From NCBI RefSeq assembly GCF_001194135.2, contig NC_068984.1:130657233-130721232 (forward strand): a DNA stretch of 64,000 nucleotides, written 5' to 3'. Origin of the DNA: Octopus bimaculoides. Its lineage: Eukaryota. Below, in pieces: positions 1 to 11,800 of the stretch (positions are counted from its first letter, which is position 1; each line of letters begins with the position of its first letter). The position numbers were made by a program, and so were the translations under genes. Below the pieces are notes generated by a model. The model saw only the letters and a program-made list of their open reading frames with translations. It searched no databases and had not been told where the DNA came from.

Positions 1-573
1 TGTGTTAGAAGTGCAGAGTATTCACTTTTAAGTGTGTATACAGATTTCCTGTATATAAGCTACACACACACACAGAGAAACAAATGATAAATGCATGGGG
101 TATGTGAAAGGAATGTACTTAGTTAATTTAGTTCAGTTTACAAGTGTACAAATACAGCGGAGAGCAAGACAGACAACAATAAATAAATAAGTTGGTCAAT
201 GAGTTATTGAGTGGAAGTTAAGTTGAGTGTTGGTACCAACCGCCCAACCAACCAACCAACCAACCAGCCAGCCAGCCAGTTAGCTACCCTTCCTCTCTCT
301 CCATCGCAAGAAAACATTGACACATACACATACACTCTGAAATAGTATTTCAGTTAAATATACAGGACAAGACTAAACTGAAAGAGCTACAGTGAAAGTT
401 TTTTTTGTTTTTTTTTTACAACCCTGTTACTGATATAATAGAGGTAGATTACACAGTGGGAGTCTGAGATTGGAGTCGGTGGTTGCTAAATAAGTACACT
501 GAGAAGAGTATACAATATTATACTAGTACCTCTCATCCAATGTTGTGTAACTTATATATATATATATATATAT

Positions 574-991
574 ACTCTTTTACTCCCTTTTACTTGTTTC
601 AGTCATTTGACTGTGGCCATGCTGGAGCACCGCCTTTAGTAGAGCAAATCGACCCCAGGACTTATTCTTTGTAAGCCTAGTACTTATTCTATCGGTCTCT
701 TTTTGCCGAACCGCTAAGTTACGGGGACATAAACACACCAGCATCGGTTGTCAAGCGATGTTGGGGGGGGGGGGGAACAAACACAGACACACAAACATAT
801 ATACACACACACACACACACATATATATATACATATATACGACGGGCTTCTTTCAGTTTCCGTCTACCAAATCCACTCACAAGGCTTTGGTCGGCCCGAG
901 GCTATAGTAGAAGACACTTGCTCAAGGTGCCACGCAGTGGGAATGAACCCGGAACGATGTGGTTGGTAAGCAAGCTACTTACCACACAGCC
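574..991 (-). mobile_element. tRNA-headed SINE family A, full
   Basis: A/B-box-like head, central (TA)n/(GT)n, 3' end ...gactgaaacaagtaaaagag; over 20 copies or fragments in window. Confidence 0.9.
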
Positions 992-1281
992 TATATATAT
1001 AGATATCACACACACACACATATATATATACATAACATGTATATTTTGTTATCATCATTTAACATCTATGTTCCATGCTGGTGTGTGTAAATAATTCAGA
1101 GAGGGGGTTGAGAGGGAGGAGACAGGGAGAGAGAAGGAGAAAGCAGAAAGAAGAGATAGATAGACAGGTAGAGATACACAGATACACATAAACCCAAATA
1201 TGTACACACATACATATTTGCTGCTGTGCGAGTTTGAGGCTGGAATTTTGTAACGCTAGTCCTGTTAATCAATTTTGATAA

Positions 1282-1334
1282 TTACATATGTGCTTTGTTG
1301 ATTATTTTGGATTGTTGTAAGTGCTTAAGAGAGC
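1282..1334 (-). CDS. Candidate terminal coding exon (xSLKHLQQSKIINKAHM*)
   Basis: Strong acceptor tgtacttttatttttctgcag; phase-1 frame open to TAA at 1282-1284. Confidence 0.28.
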
Positions 1335-1573
1335 CTGCAGAAAAATAAAAGTACATAACCAAAAAATACAAAAACATATTACTTAATTACTAATTACTGT
1401 TATTAGCATGTAATTAAATAAAATAATTTCTTTTTATGTAATAAGGCACGTGTCATGAATTTTCAATCCTTCCATGTACATACACACACATGCATATACA
1501 TATGTATATATGTATGTATATATGCATATACATATATGCACATATATATATATATATATGCGCATATATATAC

Positions 1574-1606
<33 letters not shown>

Positions 1607-2199
1607 AGTGAATGAGCATGCGTGTGTAAGTCACAAGGGTAGGTAAGTGAGAGCCTGTTTGATGTGAATCAGTTTGGAAATGCATATAAAAATTGTGGTG
1701 AGGCAGGGTGTATATTGGGGTATATGATACAAAGTGTATACGATATGATACAATGTGGTGTAGACTAGTATTTTGAATGAGGGTCCAATGTTTGATATAG
1801 GGCCCCATTTGAAACATCTGGTGCAAAAGTGTAGGTGCATGGCTATTGCAACCACAAGGATTTGGGTTCAGTTCCACTGCATGGCACCTAAGGTGTCTTG
1901 CATTATAGCCCTGGGCCAATGAATGTCCTGTGAATAAATTTGTAGATGGAAACTGAAAGCGGACTGTTTTATATATATGTATATTTATCAACTTGTGTGT
2001 GTGTATGTGTGTACGAGGTTATGCTAAAAAGTTCCTGGCTTTAGGAGTATCATGAAAGGTCTGATTGGAGGCCCAAACTTCTGAATTCTTTCACAGGGCT
2101 TAGAAAAATTGAGGGGAATCTGTTGAATAAAATCATAATTAACTGATCCTCCTGTATTTTGAAACCAAGAATTTTTCAGCATGGAGGCATGTATGTATA

Positions 2200-2450
2200 A
2201 GTATGTGTATATTTGTGTTTTCTTGTCTTGACATGGTATGATAGTTTTAAAATGTTTGCCACTGTCATACAAAGTGTTATTCATTTCCAATATTCTGCAA
2301 GAACATGTCTGGCCATTGGGAAATGTTACCTTGCTTGGAAATAGGTGAGGGTTGGCAACAGGTAGAGCATCCAGTAATAGAAAATCTGCCTGAATAAACC
2401 CTTTCCAGGCAATGCAAACATGGAAAAGTAAACATGATTATGATACATAC
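2200..2450 (+). mobile_element. Family C SINE body
   Basis: gggaaatgttaccttgcttggaaataggtgagggttggcaacagg...; tail shared with B. Confidence 0.75.
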
Positions 2451-3010
2451 ACACACATTTCACCAAGTGTTGGAGGTTCTATCATACATTTTAGCCTTGA
2501 ACACCTGATAGAAAGCCACTTCTTCCCTTCAAATATGCTCCCACTCATTCAAAGTGACCCTTTTCCTTTCTTTTCTTTCCTTTGCTTTGCCTGTTACTTG
2601 GCAACCTCACTAGTACTGTTGTCACAAAATTAAGCATGCATCGCACACTGAAAAATAGTTGACATCGGGAAGGGCATCCAGCAGAAGAAACCATGCCAAA
2701 GATAACATTGGGGATGCAACACAGCTCTGCAGCTTGTCAAATCCAGTCAAACTCTCCCATTGATGCCATCAATTAAAACATTACAGACATTACATGACGA
2801 TAATGATGATGATGAAGATGCTGGTGATGATGATGATGATGATGATGATGCTGATGATGATGATTACATTTCCTACATTGTTGTTAGAATATGTTGATAT
2901 CGAACTGGTGTAAAACACTGATGCTAATTCATATGATGGCCTCTGTATCATTGTCAACTCTTTCACTCGCATTATATTCAACTAACAGCTGTTGCGAGTA
3001 AGTGATATAT

Positions 3011-3167
3011 GTGTGTGGCTCTGTGGTAAGAAGCTTGCTTCCCAACCATATGGTTCCAGGTTCAGTCCCACTGTATGGCATCTTGGGTAAATGTCTTCTA
3101 CTATAGCCTCGAGCCGACCAGAGCCTCATGAGTGGATTAATAAATGAAAACTGGAAGAAGCCTGTCG

Positions 3168-3204
<37 letters not shown>

Positions 3205-3410
3205 CTTTGTTTTTCCCCCGACCATCACTTGACAACTGATGGTGGTGTCTTTATGTCTCCATAACTTGGCAGTTCAGCAAAAGAGTTTGATAGAATAAGT
3301 ACTAGGCTTACAAAGAATAAGTCCAGGGGTTGATTTCTTCAACTAAAAACTCTTTAAGGCAATGCTCCAGCAGGGCTGCAGTCAAATCACTGAAACATGT
3401 AAAAGAATAT
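3011..3410 (+). mobile_element. SINE family A
   Basis: Collinear with 24947-25368. Confidence 0.88.
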
Positions 3411-3411
3411 A

Positions 3412-3457
<46 letters not shown>

Positions 3458-3541
3458 TGCATCAATCCTGGCTGTGTGATGTATGGTTAGCAGCTGGTGC
3501 AGTGAGATTTTTTTTTAACCCCTGCAATGTGATACACTTAC

Positions 3542-3593
3542 TGGCGAACCCCCCACTTGCAGTAAAGTATACAACAAAGAAAGTTCTTGCAGC
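3542..3593 (-). CDS. Candidate 52-nt exon (AARTFFVVYFTASGGFA in phase 0)
   Basis: Acceptor tttgttctgttgtatatcag and donor CCA|GTAAGT. All three frames are open and it sits in a degenerate ~30-bp repeat, so support is weak. Confidence 0.28.
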
Positions 3594-3753
3594 CTGATAT
3601 ACAACAGAACAAACACCTGTGGTGTGATATACAACAGAACAAAGCAAACTCCTGCCACTCGAAATGTGATAAACAAAGGAGACGATTTGATATACAACAG
3701 ATAATTATTTCAGTAGATAATACCTCTCTATATACGGTCAAGAAATAAATCTG

Positions 3754-3795
<42 letters not shown>

Positions 3796-4687
3796 NNNNN
3801 NNNNNNNNNNNNNNNNNNNNNNNNNNNNNNNNNNNNNNNNNNNNNNNNNNNNNNNNNNNNNNNNNNNNNNNNNNNNNNNNNNNNNNNNNNNNNNNNNNNN
3901 NNNNNNNNNNNNNNNNNNNNNNNNNNNNNNNNNNNNNNNNNNNNNNNNNNNNNNNNNNNNNNNNNNNNNNNNNNNNNNNNNNNNNNNNNNNNNNNNNNNN
4001 NNNNNNNNNNNNNNNNNNNNNNNNNNNNNNNNNNNNNNNNNNNNNNNNNNNNNNNNNNNNNNNNNNNNNNNNNNNNNNNNNNNNNNNNNNNNNNNNNNNN
4101 NNNNNNNNNNNNNNNNNNNNNNNNNNNNNNNNNNNNNNNNNNNNNNNNNNNNNNNNNNNNNNNNNNNNNNNNNNNNNNNNNNNNNNNNNNNNNNNNNNNN
4201 NNNNNNNNNNNNNNNNNNNNNNNNNNNNNNNNNNNNNNNNNNNNNNNNNNNNNNNNNNNNNNNNNNNNNNNNNNNNNNNNNNNNNNNNNNNNNNNNNNNN
4301 NNNNNNNNNNNNNNNNNNNNNNNNNNNNNNNNNNNNNNNNNNNNNNNNNNNNNNNNNNNNNNNNNNNNNNNNNNNNNNNNNNNNNNNNNNNNNNNNNNNN
4401 NNNNNNNNNNNNNNNNNNNNNNNNNNNNNNNNNNNNNNNNNNNNNNNNNNNNNNNNNNNNNNNNNNNNNNNNNNNNNNNNNNNNNNNNNNNNNNNNNNNN
4501 NNNNNNNNNNNNNNNNNNNNNNNNNNNNNNNNNNNNNNNNNNNNNNNNNNNNNNNNNNNNNNNNNNNNNNNNNNNNNNNNNNNNNNNNNNNNNNNNNNNN
4601 NNNNNNNNNNNNNNNNNNNNNNNNNNNNNNNNNNNNNNNNNNNNNNNNNNNNNNNNNNNNNNNNNNNNNNNNNNNNNNNNNNNNNNN
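3796..4687. other. Assembly gap (largest of 10)
   Basis: Others near 10497-10510, 23938-24127, 33507-33666, 34754-34763, 39394-39532, 45183-45492, 49449-50008, 51052-51061, 56745-56844; most abut microsatellites. Confidence 0.99.
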
Positions 4688-4830
4688 TATATATATATAC
4701 ATATATATATATATTTTTTAACCAAAAAATTTGGTAAAAAATATAGTATCTGTTAACAATCTTAGCAAAAAACTCACAGTTGAGTTTTTGAATATATATC
4801 AACTTTAAATAGAGCTCAAAATTGATCCGT

Positions 4831-4861
<31 letters not shown>

Positions 4862-5494
4862 GTATATATATATTTACGTATGTATATATTTATGTATGTG
4901 TATTTGTGTCTGTGTTTGTCCCCCCATCACACTACCACCACTACCATCACTTGACAACCAATGTTGGTATGTTTATGTCCCTGTAGCCTCGCAGTTTCTA
5001 TCCAACCATAGAAGCCATGCCAAATCAGACAATTGGAGTCTGGGCAGCTCCCCGGCTGACCAGCTCCTATCAAACTGTCCAACCTATGCCAGCATGGAAA
5101 ACAGACCTTAAACAATGATGATGATGATGATATAATATATATCACATATATATATATAAACAATCATCATCATCATCATTTAACGTTCACTTTACATGTT
5201 GGCATAAAGTAGACCTTTGACTGGAACTGGTAAGCAGGAGGGCTGCACCAGGTCTTGGTCACTTATATATATATTTCATATAGTGTGTGTATGCGTGGTA
5301 TTTTGAGATGGAATGATTGCCCAGTAATATGTAGCATGGTATATAAGCTTGTCTGACTATCAGGAGCATGAAACTTATAGTAGCTTGTATCTAAATCCTG
5401 CATATGTTAAACAATATCTTTCTGGATGCAGTACTTTTTTTGTTGATCTCACCAATAATGGAATAGTACACAACATATATATGGAAATCACTGC

Positions 5495-5865
5495 CAGAGC
5501 AGCGGTCTCGCTTCTGTGCCGGTGGCACGTAAAAAGCACCATTTGAGTGCGATCGTTTCCACCTTTGCCTTACTGGCACTTGTGCTGGTGGCATGTGAAC
5601 AAAACATTGGACTGACTCCTGTGCAGATGGTATGTAAAAAACACCGTTTGAGCGTGGTCGTTGCCAATACCGCCGGTGGCACGTAAAAAGCACCCACAAA
5701 ACTCTCGGAGTGGTTGGCGTTAGGAAGGGCATCCAGCTGTAGAAACTCTGCCAGATCAGATTGGAGTCTGGTGTAACCATCTGGTTCGCCAGTCCCCAGT
5801 CAAATCGTCCAACCCATTCTAGCATGGAAAGCGGATGTATGATGATGATGATGATGATGATATAT
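5495..5865 (+). mobile_element. Family B (RTE LINE 3' UTR-derived, (GAT)n tail)
   Basis: gagtggttggcgttaggaagggcatccagctgtagaaac...agcatggaaagcgga+(gat)n. Confidence 0.85.
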
Positions 5866-6355
5866 ATATATATATATAATAATTCAAGTGAAAAAAAGAG
5901 TAATTCAAAATGATGTTATGTTTCGGTAAGCAAACATTTTATTCTATACCACATATAAAATACTTCCCTTTATAATTAACTGGAGTTTAACTGATATTTG
6001 TTCAGTTAATGAAATACTGCATTAGTCAGGTTCCTACATTAAGTGCTGACAAGATGATAGCCTGGATTGTAATTATCTCCTTACTTTATGCATATATACA
6101 TATATATGTATATATATATAGTATAATTCGGGTAATAACTTCGTAGCATGCGTCATCACATTCCACCTGAGGAAGCACCCACACAAAGCTGATGCTGAAA
6201 AATATCTCATTATATAATAATTCTAAAGAATAATCTATATAATGTTATATAAATGTAAACTCAGCAACTTAAAACTGGTATCCGGTGCAGAAACAAACAC
6301 TGTGAATTGCTATTAAAACCTGGTATTTTCTATCATTGGGCTATATTATTATTAT

Positions 6356-6516
6356 TGCAGGTGTGGCTCTGTGGTAAGAAGCTTGCTTCTCAACCACATG
6401 GTTCTGGGTTCAGTCCCACTGTGTGGAATTTTGGGCAAGTGTCTTCTACTATAGCTTTGGGCCTTCCAAAGCCTTGTGAGTGAATTTGATAGACAGAAAG
6501 TGAAAGAAGACAACCA

Positions 6517-6565
<49 letters not shown>

Positions 6566-6990
6566 AATCCCAAAAAACGAAGAACAAACACAAAAAACAA
6601 CAATGCGAGGACGTAGCAGATGTAAAGTATTAGCAGACACTCAGGGAAGAAAAGAAAGGTGGTTTAACATTTTGGGCAAAGCTCTTCGTCAGAAACAGAG
6701 GAAAGTTCAATAGAAAAGAAAGACGGAGGAAAAAAAATCGTCAACAATTAACGTGTGTGTGTGTGTCTTTTGTCTGTGTTTGTCCCCACCACCATTTGAC
6801 AACTGGTGTTGGTGTTTACATCCCCATAACATAGTGGTTTGGCAAAAGAGACCTATAGAATAAGTACTAGGTTTAAGAAATAAGTCCTAGGGTCAATTTG
6901 TTTGACTAAAACCCTTCAAGGCGGTCCTCCAGCATGGCCGTAGTCGAATGGCTAAAACAAGTAAAAGAAAAAAAAAGGAATAAAAAGAGT
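6356..6990 (+). mobile_element. SINE family A interrupted by element H2
   Basis: Head 6356-6530, 3' half 6755-6990. Confidence 0.85.
6560..6752 (-). mobile_element. Related short element H2 with degenerate hammerhead motif, nested in a SINE
   Basis: Minus strand 6662-6696 reads gttt CTGACGA A GAGC TTT GCCC AAAAT GTT aaac; motif order collinear with H1; inserted at a (TA)n tract. Confidence 0.55.
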
Positions 6991-7029
6991 ATATATATGG
7001 TATATTGTAGTCATATATGAAGTGGTAAA

Positions 7030-7280
7030 TTTCTATTGCTATATGTACAACTGGTAACTTCTACAAAGACATACTGTTGGAAATTACTATTGCAGTATAT
7101 GTAATTGATAAATTGTGTAGTGACATTATACAGCAGCTAACCACAATTGCAGGAATTACACTTGGTAACTCCTGCAGTGACATCTCTAACAGGAACTGCA
7201 ATTACAGTGTGTGCAATTGGGAACACTATCAGTGTCAAATGTAGCTTGAAATCTCTACTGTAGTATGTGTAACTGAGGTT
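7030..7280. repeat. Ancient ~55-bp tandem repeat, 4-5 units
   Basis: attgcagtatatgtaattg-like motif near 7035, 7090, 7146, 7201, 7257. Confidence 0.6.
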
Positions 7281-7554
7281 TTTTTTAACTCCATCAACAG
7301 TGTCATATTGCAGCTGATGATAATGGTAGGTGGTAGATAGTGTTGGTAGTAGTCAGTGTGTGTCAAAATGGCAAGATGTTCAGCAAACACTGACGAAGAC
7401 CCAAGAGAGTTCCAGCAAGCGAATAATCACTGATATTGTTTGTTAACAGCCAACGGTGTCATTTAACGAGGACAACATCATGACAACACACTGCTATTAA
7501 ATCTTGTGTTGAAGTTTTAGCTAAATGTTGTTGGAGGTATGTGTGCTCGGTTAC

Positions 7555-7597
7555 CTCAGGCTGCTGCTGATGATGTACGAAATTGTTAGCTATTCTG
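7555..7597 (-). CDS. Candidate exon (RIANNFVHHQQQPE)
   Basis: Tandem CAGCAG acceptor, donor GAG|GTAACC, open frame phase 2 to 0. Confidence 0.22.
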
Positions 7598-7814
7598 CTG
7601 ATGCTTGTAAATTAAACAAGTTCAAGATGCAACATGAAGCCTTAGTGGTTTACACATCACACTTTAGTGGTGAACATATTAACACAGTACTGTATGATCC
7701 TCACAGCAGTAGAGACTACATCATCATAGTGTGGTACACATATCAGTAGTGATATGTGTACCATATCAAGGATGTTGACATTATACTTTAGAACTGGAGT
7801 GATTGAGGCATATC

Positions 7815-8230
7815 AAATTTCATCCATATACATATCAAACCTCAATGACATATACATCAAACTTCTGCAATATACACTTCAAATTTCTGTGATATCCACA
7901 TTAAATTTCCACAATGTACACATCAAGCTTCTGTGATACACATGTCAAACTCCCGTGATATCTACATCAAATTTCAGCAATATACGCATCAAACTTCTGC
8001 AATGTACACATCAGACTTCTGCAATGTACACACCAAACTTGGGCAATATACACATCAAATTTCTGTATTATACACATCAAACTTCTGCGATATCTATATC
8101 AAACTTCTGCAATGTATACATCAAACTTCTATGATATCTACATCAAACTTCAGTAATATACACATCCAACTTTTGCAATATACACATCAAACATCAGTAA
8201 CATACACATCAAGCTTCAGTGATATATTTA
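7815..8230. repeat. 22-bp minisatellite, ~18-19 degenerate units
   Basis: catcaaacttctgcaatgtaca consensus; 22-aa periodicity in ORF 7933..8250. Confidence 0.9.
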
Positions 8231-8479
8231 TAAAGTACTTAGGATTTTAAAATAGTGTAAATGGCAACAACAACAAAATAGTGTAGTTTCAGTTATAGAG
8301 GTGTCCACCATACATTCTCTTACAACCTCTTGCAAGCAATACACCATTCTATTAACATTATACCATCAATATTCTCATTAGAGATATCACACTGAGAGCG
8401 GAGAGGGAAATAAAAGCAAAATAAAAAAAAAGTTAAATATAATTTGGGATTTTTTTTCTCTTCCCAATTTATCTAAAGC

Positions 8480-9520
8480 TCCAAAAATACAGTGAAAACA
8501 TTTCCTTGACTTCATAAGTTTAATTAACTGGAAGAAGGAACCAGATTTTCCAAACATGGTGGAGGTGGAGGAGGGGATTGTAAGGGAAGTATATAAGGAC
8601 AAGCAAACGTTATAGCATGTGGTTGGCTTTTATGAGTCATTTTAGAAGTTCAGCTCAGTTTCTAGATTGAAGGTCATCACATGTTTGGCAACTATTTGTT
8701 TAAGAAGCACAAACGGGTATGATTCCTGACAGATATATCCATAACAACCTCCAGCTCATGTGAATCATTTTAGATCAGGGTTGAAATCCTTTCAGAGGGT
8801 GGGCTATCATAATCTAGTGATGGCCTGTCTTGGTCCAGATTTCAAAGGCTGGGTTGCAATAATGTACAGCAGCTTCTGTTTGGTAGTCAAACCAAACAGT
8901 TACATTAAAGAACCTTTTGCATCACATATTCAGTAAGTCAAGGATACTTTTTCTCATCTCTCCTTATTTCTTTATTGCCCACAAGGGGCTAAACATAGAG
9001 GGGACAGACAAGGATAGACAAAGGGATTAAGTCGATTACATCGACCTCAGTGCATAACTGGTACTTAATTTATCGACCCCGAAAGGATGAGAGGCAAAGT
9101 CAACCTCGGCGGAATTTGAACTCAGACCGTAACGGCAGACGAAATACCACTAAGCATTTCGCCCAGCGTGCTAATGTTTCTGCCAGCTCGTCACCTTTTC
9201 TCATCTCTCCTGTGTTTTGAAACATGCTGCAAATGTTGAACCATTGCTGCAAATCCTGAAGTCGTTGAGTGACATTCCACTCAAACAGGGACACAAAAGG
9301 ATTGTATCAGTATCTAAAGGACAAGTCAATAGGCTTGCAACTTGGTACCTAGAGAAGCAATTCTATGAAGAATGGACAACTTCTGCTGAGTAATTGTTAA
9401 GATAAAAGTGCTCAGGTTTTGCTTCAGTCCAGACCCCCAGATAGATAAAAACTGAGAAGAGGTTGCAAGCAATGCTTTTATGAGAGTGACACTTTTGGGC
9501 CAGCTGTATAAGCCTGCATA
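8480..9520 (+). mobile_element. Degenerate L1/Tx1-like LINE RT fragment split by a SINE
   Basis: Broken peptides IPDRYIHNNLQLM, KSFQRVGYHNL, GPDFKGWVAIMYS and VEPLLQILKSLSDIP resemble successive L1/Tx1 RT motifs. Confidence 0.55.
8965..9195 (-). mobile_element. tRNA-headed SINE family D
   Basis: Minus strand: tggcagaaacattag A-box-like, gagttcaaattcc B-box-like, gataaattaagtaccagt body. Confidence 0.85.
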
Positions 9521-9524
9521 TATC

Positions 9525-9890
9525 TTTTATTTTTTTAATCTTTTGCTTGTTTCAGTCATTAAACTGTGGCCATGATGGGGCACCACCATGAAGAATTTTT
9601 AATCAAATGAATTGACCCCGGCACTTATTTTCTTTTAAGCCTGGTACTTAATCTTTCAGTCTCTTTTGCCTAAACACTAAGTCACGGGGAACATAAACAC
9701 ACCAACACCAGTTGTGGTAGGAGACAAACACACATGCACACACCTACATATGACAGGCTTCTTTCAATTTCTGTCAACCAAATTCACTCACAAGCCTTTG
9801 ACACTTGCCCAAAGTGCCATGCAGTGAGACTGAACCCAGAACCATGTGATTGGGAAGCAAGATTCTTACCACACAGCCATGCCTACACCT
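9525..9890 (-). mobile_element. SINE family A, diverged
   Basis: Collinear with other copies. Confidence 0.82.
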
Positions 9891-10299
9891 AAGTGTGTAT
9901 ACATGTGCTTGTATATGCATGCATGTAAACACTAGAATAATTATGCTGATGATGATGATGTAAGTATATATTTACAAGCATGCATGCTTAAATGTATACA
10001 AATGCAGACATTTATGCAAGTGCATATAACAGTACCGGACAGTTGTCCTGACTACATACACTCACACACAGACACACACACATATGCAGTCATGCAGAGA
10101 CAAACAGCAGTGACTCACCACACACATATACAATGCATGAACTAAGACAGGTTGTTGTTATCCCTTTGTATGACAACAGATTCAGATTTGTTTAAATCTA
10201 TACAGCTCTTATTACAATCACCACACCGCTCTCCTCCCTCCGTGTAACACCAATCACACATTTCACCCTCACCTTACTGTCCTGTCCTGTCAACAACTT

Positions 10300-10945
10300 G
10301 TATCCAGACTAAGCTAATTGCTTCTACTATCACCACCATTACTACTACTACTACTACTACTACTGCAGCTGCCATCATCACCTATGTTATTATAGGTTTC
10401 TACTACTCCTACTATCACTCAACAACTAAAGCCATCCCCTACAAGTGCTCAACTACCAACACAAAACCCCTGCTACTACCAACGCCCCCCCCCCCCNNNN
10501 NNNNNNNNNCCACTATCATTTCTGCTGCTAACCATATCAGCGTCACCACCACCACCACCACAACAACAACAACGACTGACCATGTTATTATTTCTACTGC
10601 TCCTGCAACTACAACTATCCCTCAACAACTAAAACTACCTCTACTACTGGCACTCAACAACCAATACAAACCTCCTACTACAACTGGCACTGCTACTATT
10701 TCTACTACTATCTATGTTACTACTGCTGCTTCTGCCACTACTACTACTGTTGCTACCACTGTGGACTATATTATTTCTACTACTACTACTACTACTACTG
10801 CAGCTGTTGCTTCCACTGTCACCACCACCACCACCACCAACTACAAACACAAAACCTCTAACTATCACCAACACCCCTATCATTCCAACTACTACCCATA
10901 TTACTGCCACTACTATTACGACTACTACTACTGCTACTAACTTGA
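10300..10945. repeat. (CTA/CCA)n low-complexity tract with ~195-bp higher-order units
   Basis: catgttattatttctact...ctcaacaactaaa...acaaaacc recurs. Confidence 0.7.
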
Positions 10946-11254
10946 GGCTATGGTTGTTGTAAGGTAAGAGTCAGAATCCTACGAAATTAGGGGTGGTCTG
11001 CTGGTGGGGTTGGAATTTGCACAAAAGCTTCAGTACCAGGTTCAGCAAGAGAAGAAAAGGCTTTACATTTTGTTTGTCTCTTTGCACTAATATATTCAAT
11101 CTCAGCAAATTGGAGGTAAACTTTGACCATTTAGACACTAAATGTTGGGTAAGAGGCCCAATAAACTAAGTACCATCAGCCCATACTAGTGTTCAATCAG
11201 CTCCCAATAATCCCTTTCTACTACCACAAATATGAGGCTTGTGTCAAACAAAAC

Positions 11255-11800
11255 ATCATTATCATCATTTAACATCCGCTTTCCATGCTAGCACGGGTTG
11301 GACGATTTGACTGAGGTCTGGTGAACCAGATAGCTACACCAGGCTCCAATTTGATCTGGCAGAGTTTCTACAGCTGGTTGCCCTTCCTAACGCCAACCAT
11401 TCCGAGATTGTAGTGGGTGCTTTTATGTGCCACCGGCACGAAGGCCAGTCAGAAGATACTGGCAACGGCTATGCTCGAAATGGTGTATTTTACATGCCAC
11501 CTGCACAGGAGCCAGTCCAGCGGTACTGGCAACGAACTCGCTCGAATGTCTTTTCACATGTCACTGGCACAAGTGCCAAGAAGGCGACGTTGGTAACGAT
11601 CACACTCAAATAGTGCTATTTATGTGCCACAGGCATGGAAGCCAGACAGCTGATGCTCTGGCAACGATCACGCTCGGACGGTGCTCTTAGTGATCTACTG
11701 GTACAGATGTCATCATGATTTCGCTTTCGCTTGCCCCAAAAGGTCTTCGCAAGCTGAGTTTAGTGTTCAATGAAGAGACGTTGGTATGGGTGCCAGTCTA
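11255..11800 (-). mobile_element. Family B
   Basis: Reverse complement of 30835-31327. Confidence 0.85.

Noticed and set aside
6167-6206. CTGAGGA-AGCA...TGCT-GAAA hammerhead-like core
   Set aside because: Helix II pairs but helices I and III do not
7440-7470. Selenocysteine read-through of in-frame TGA codons
   Set aside because: No selenoprotein motif and no SECIS evidence
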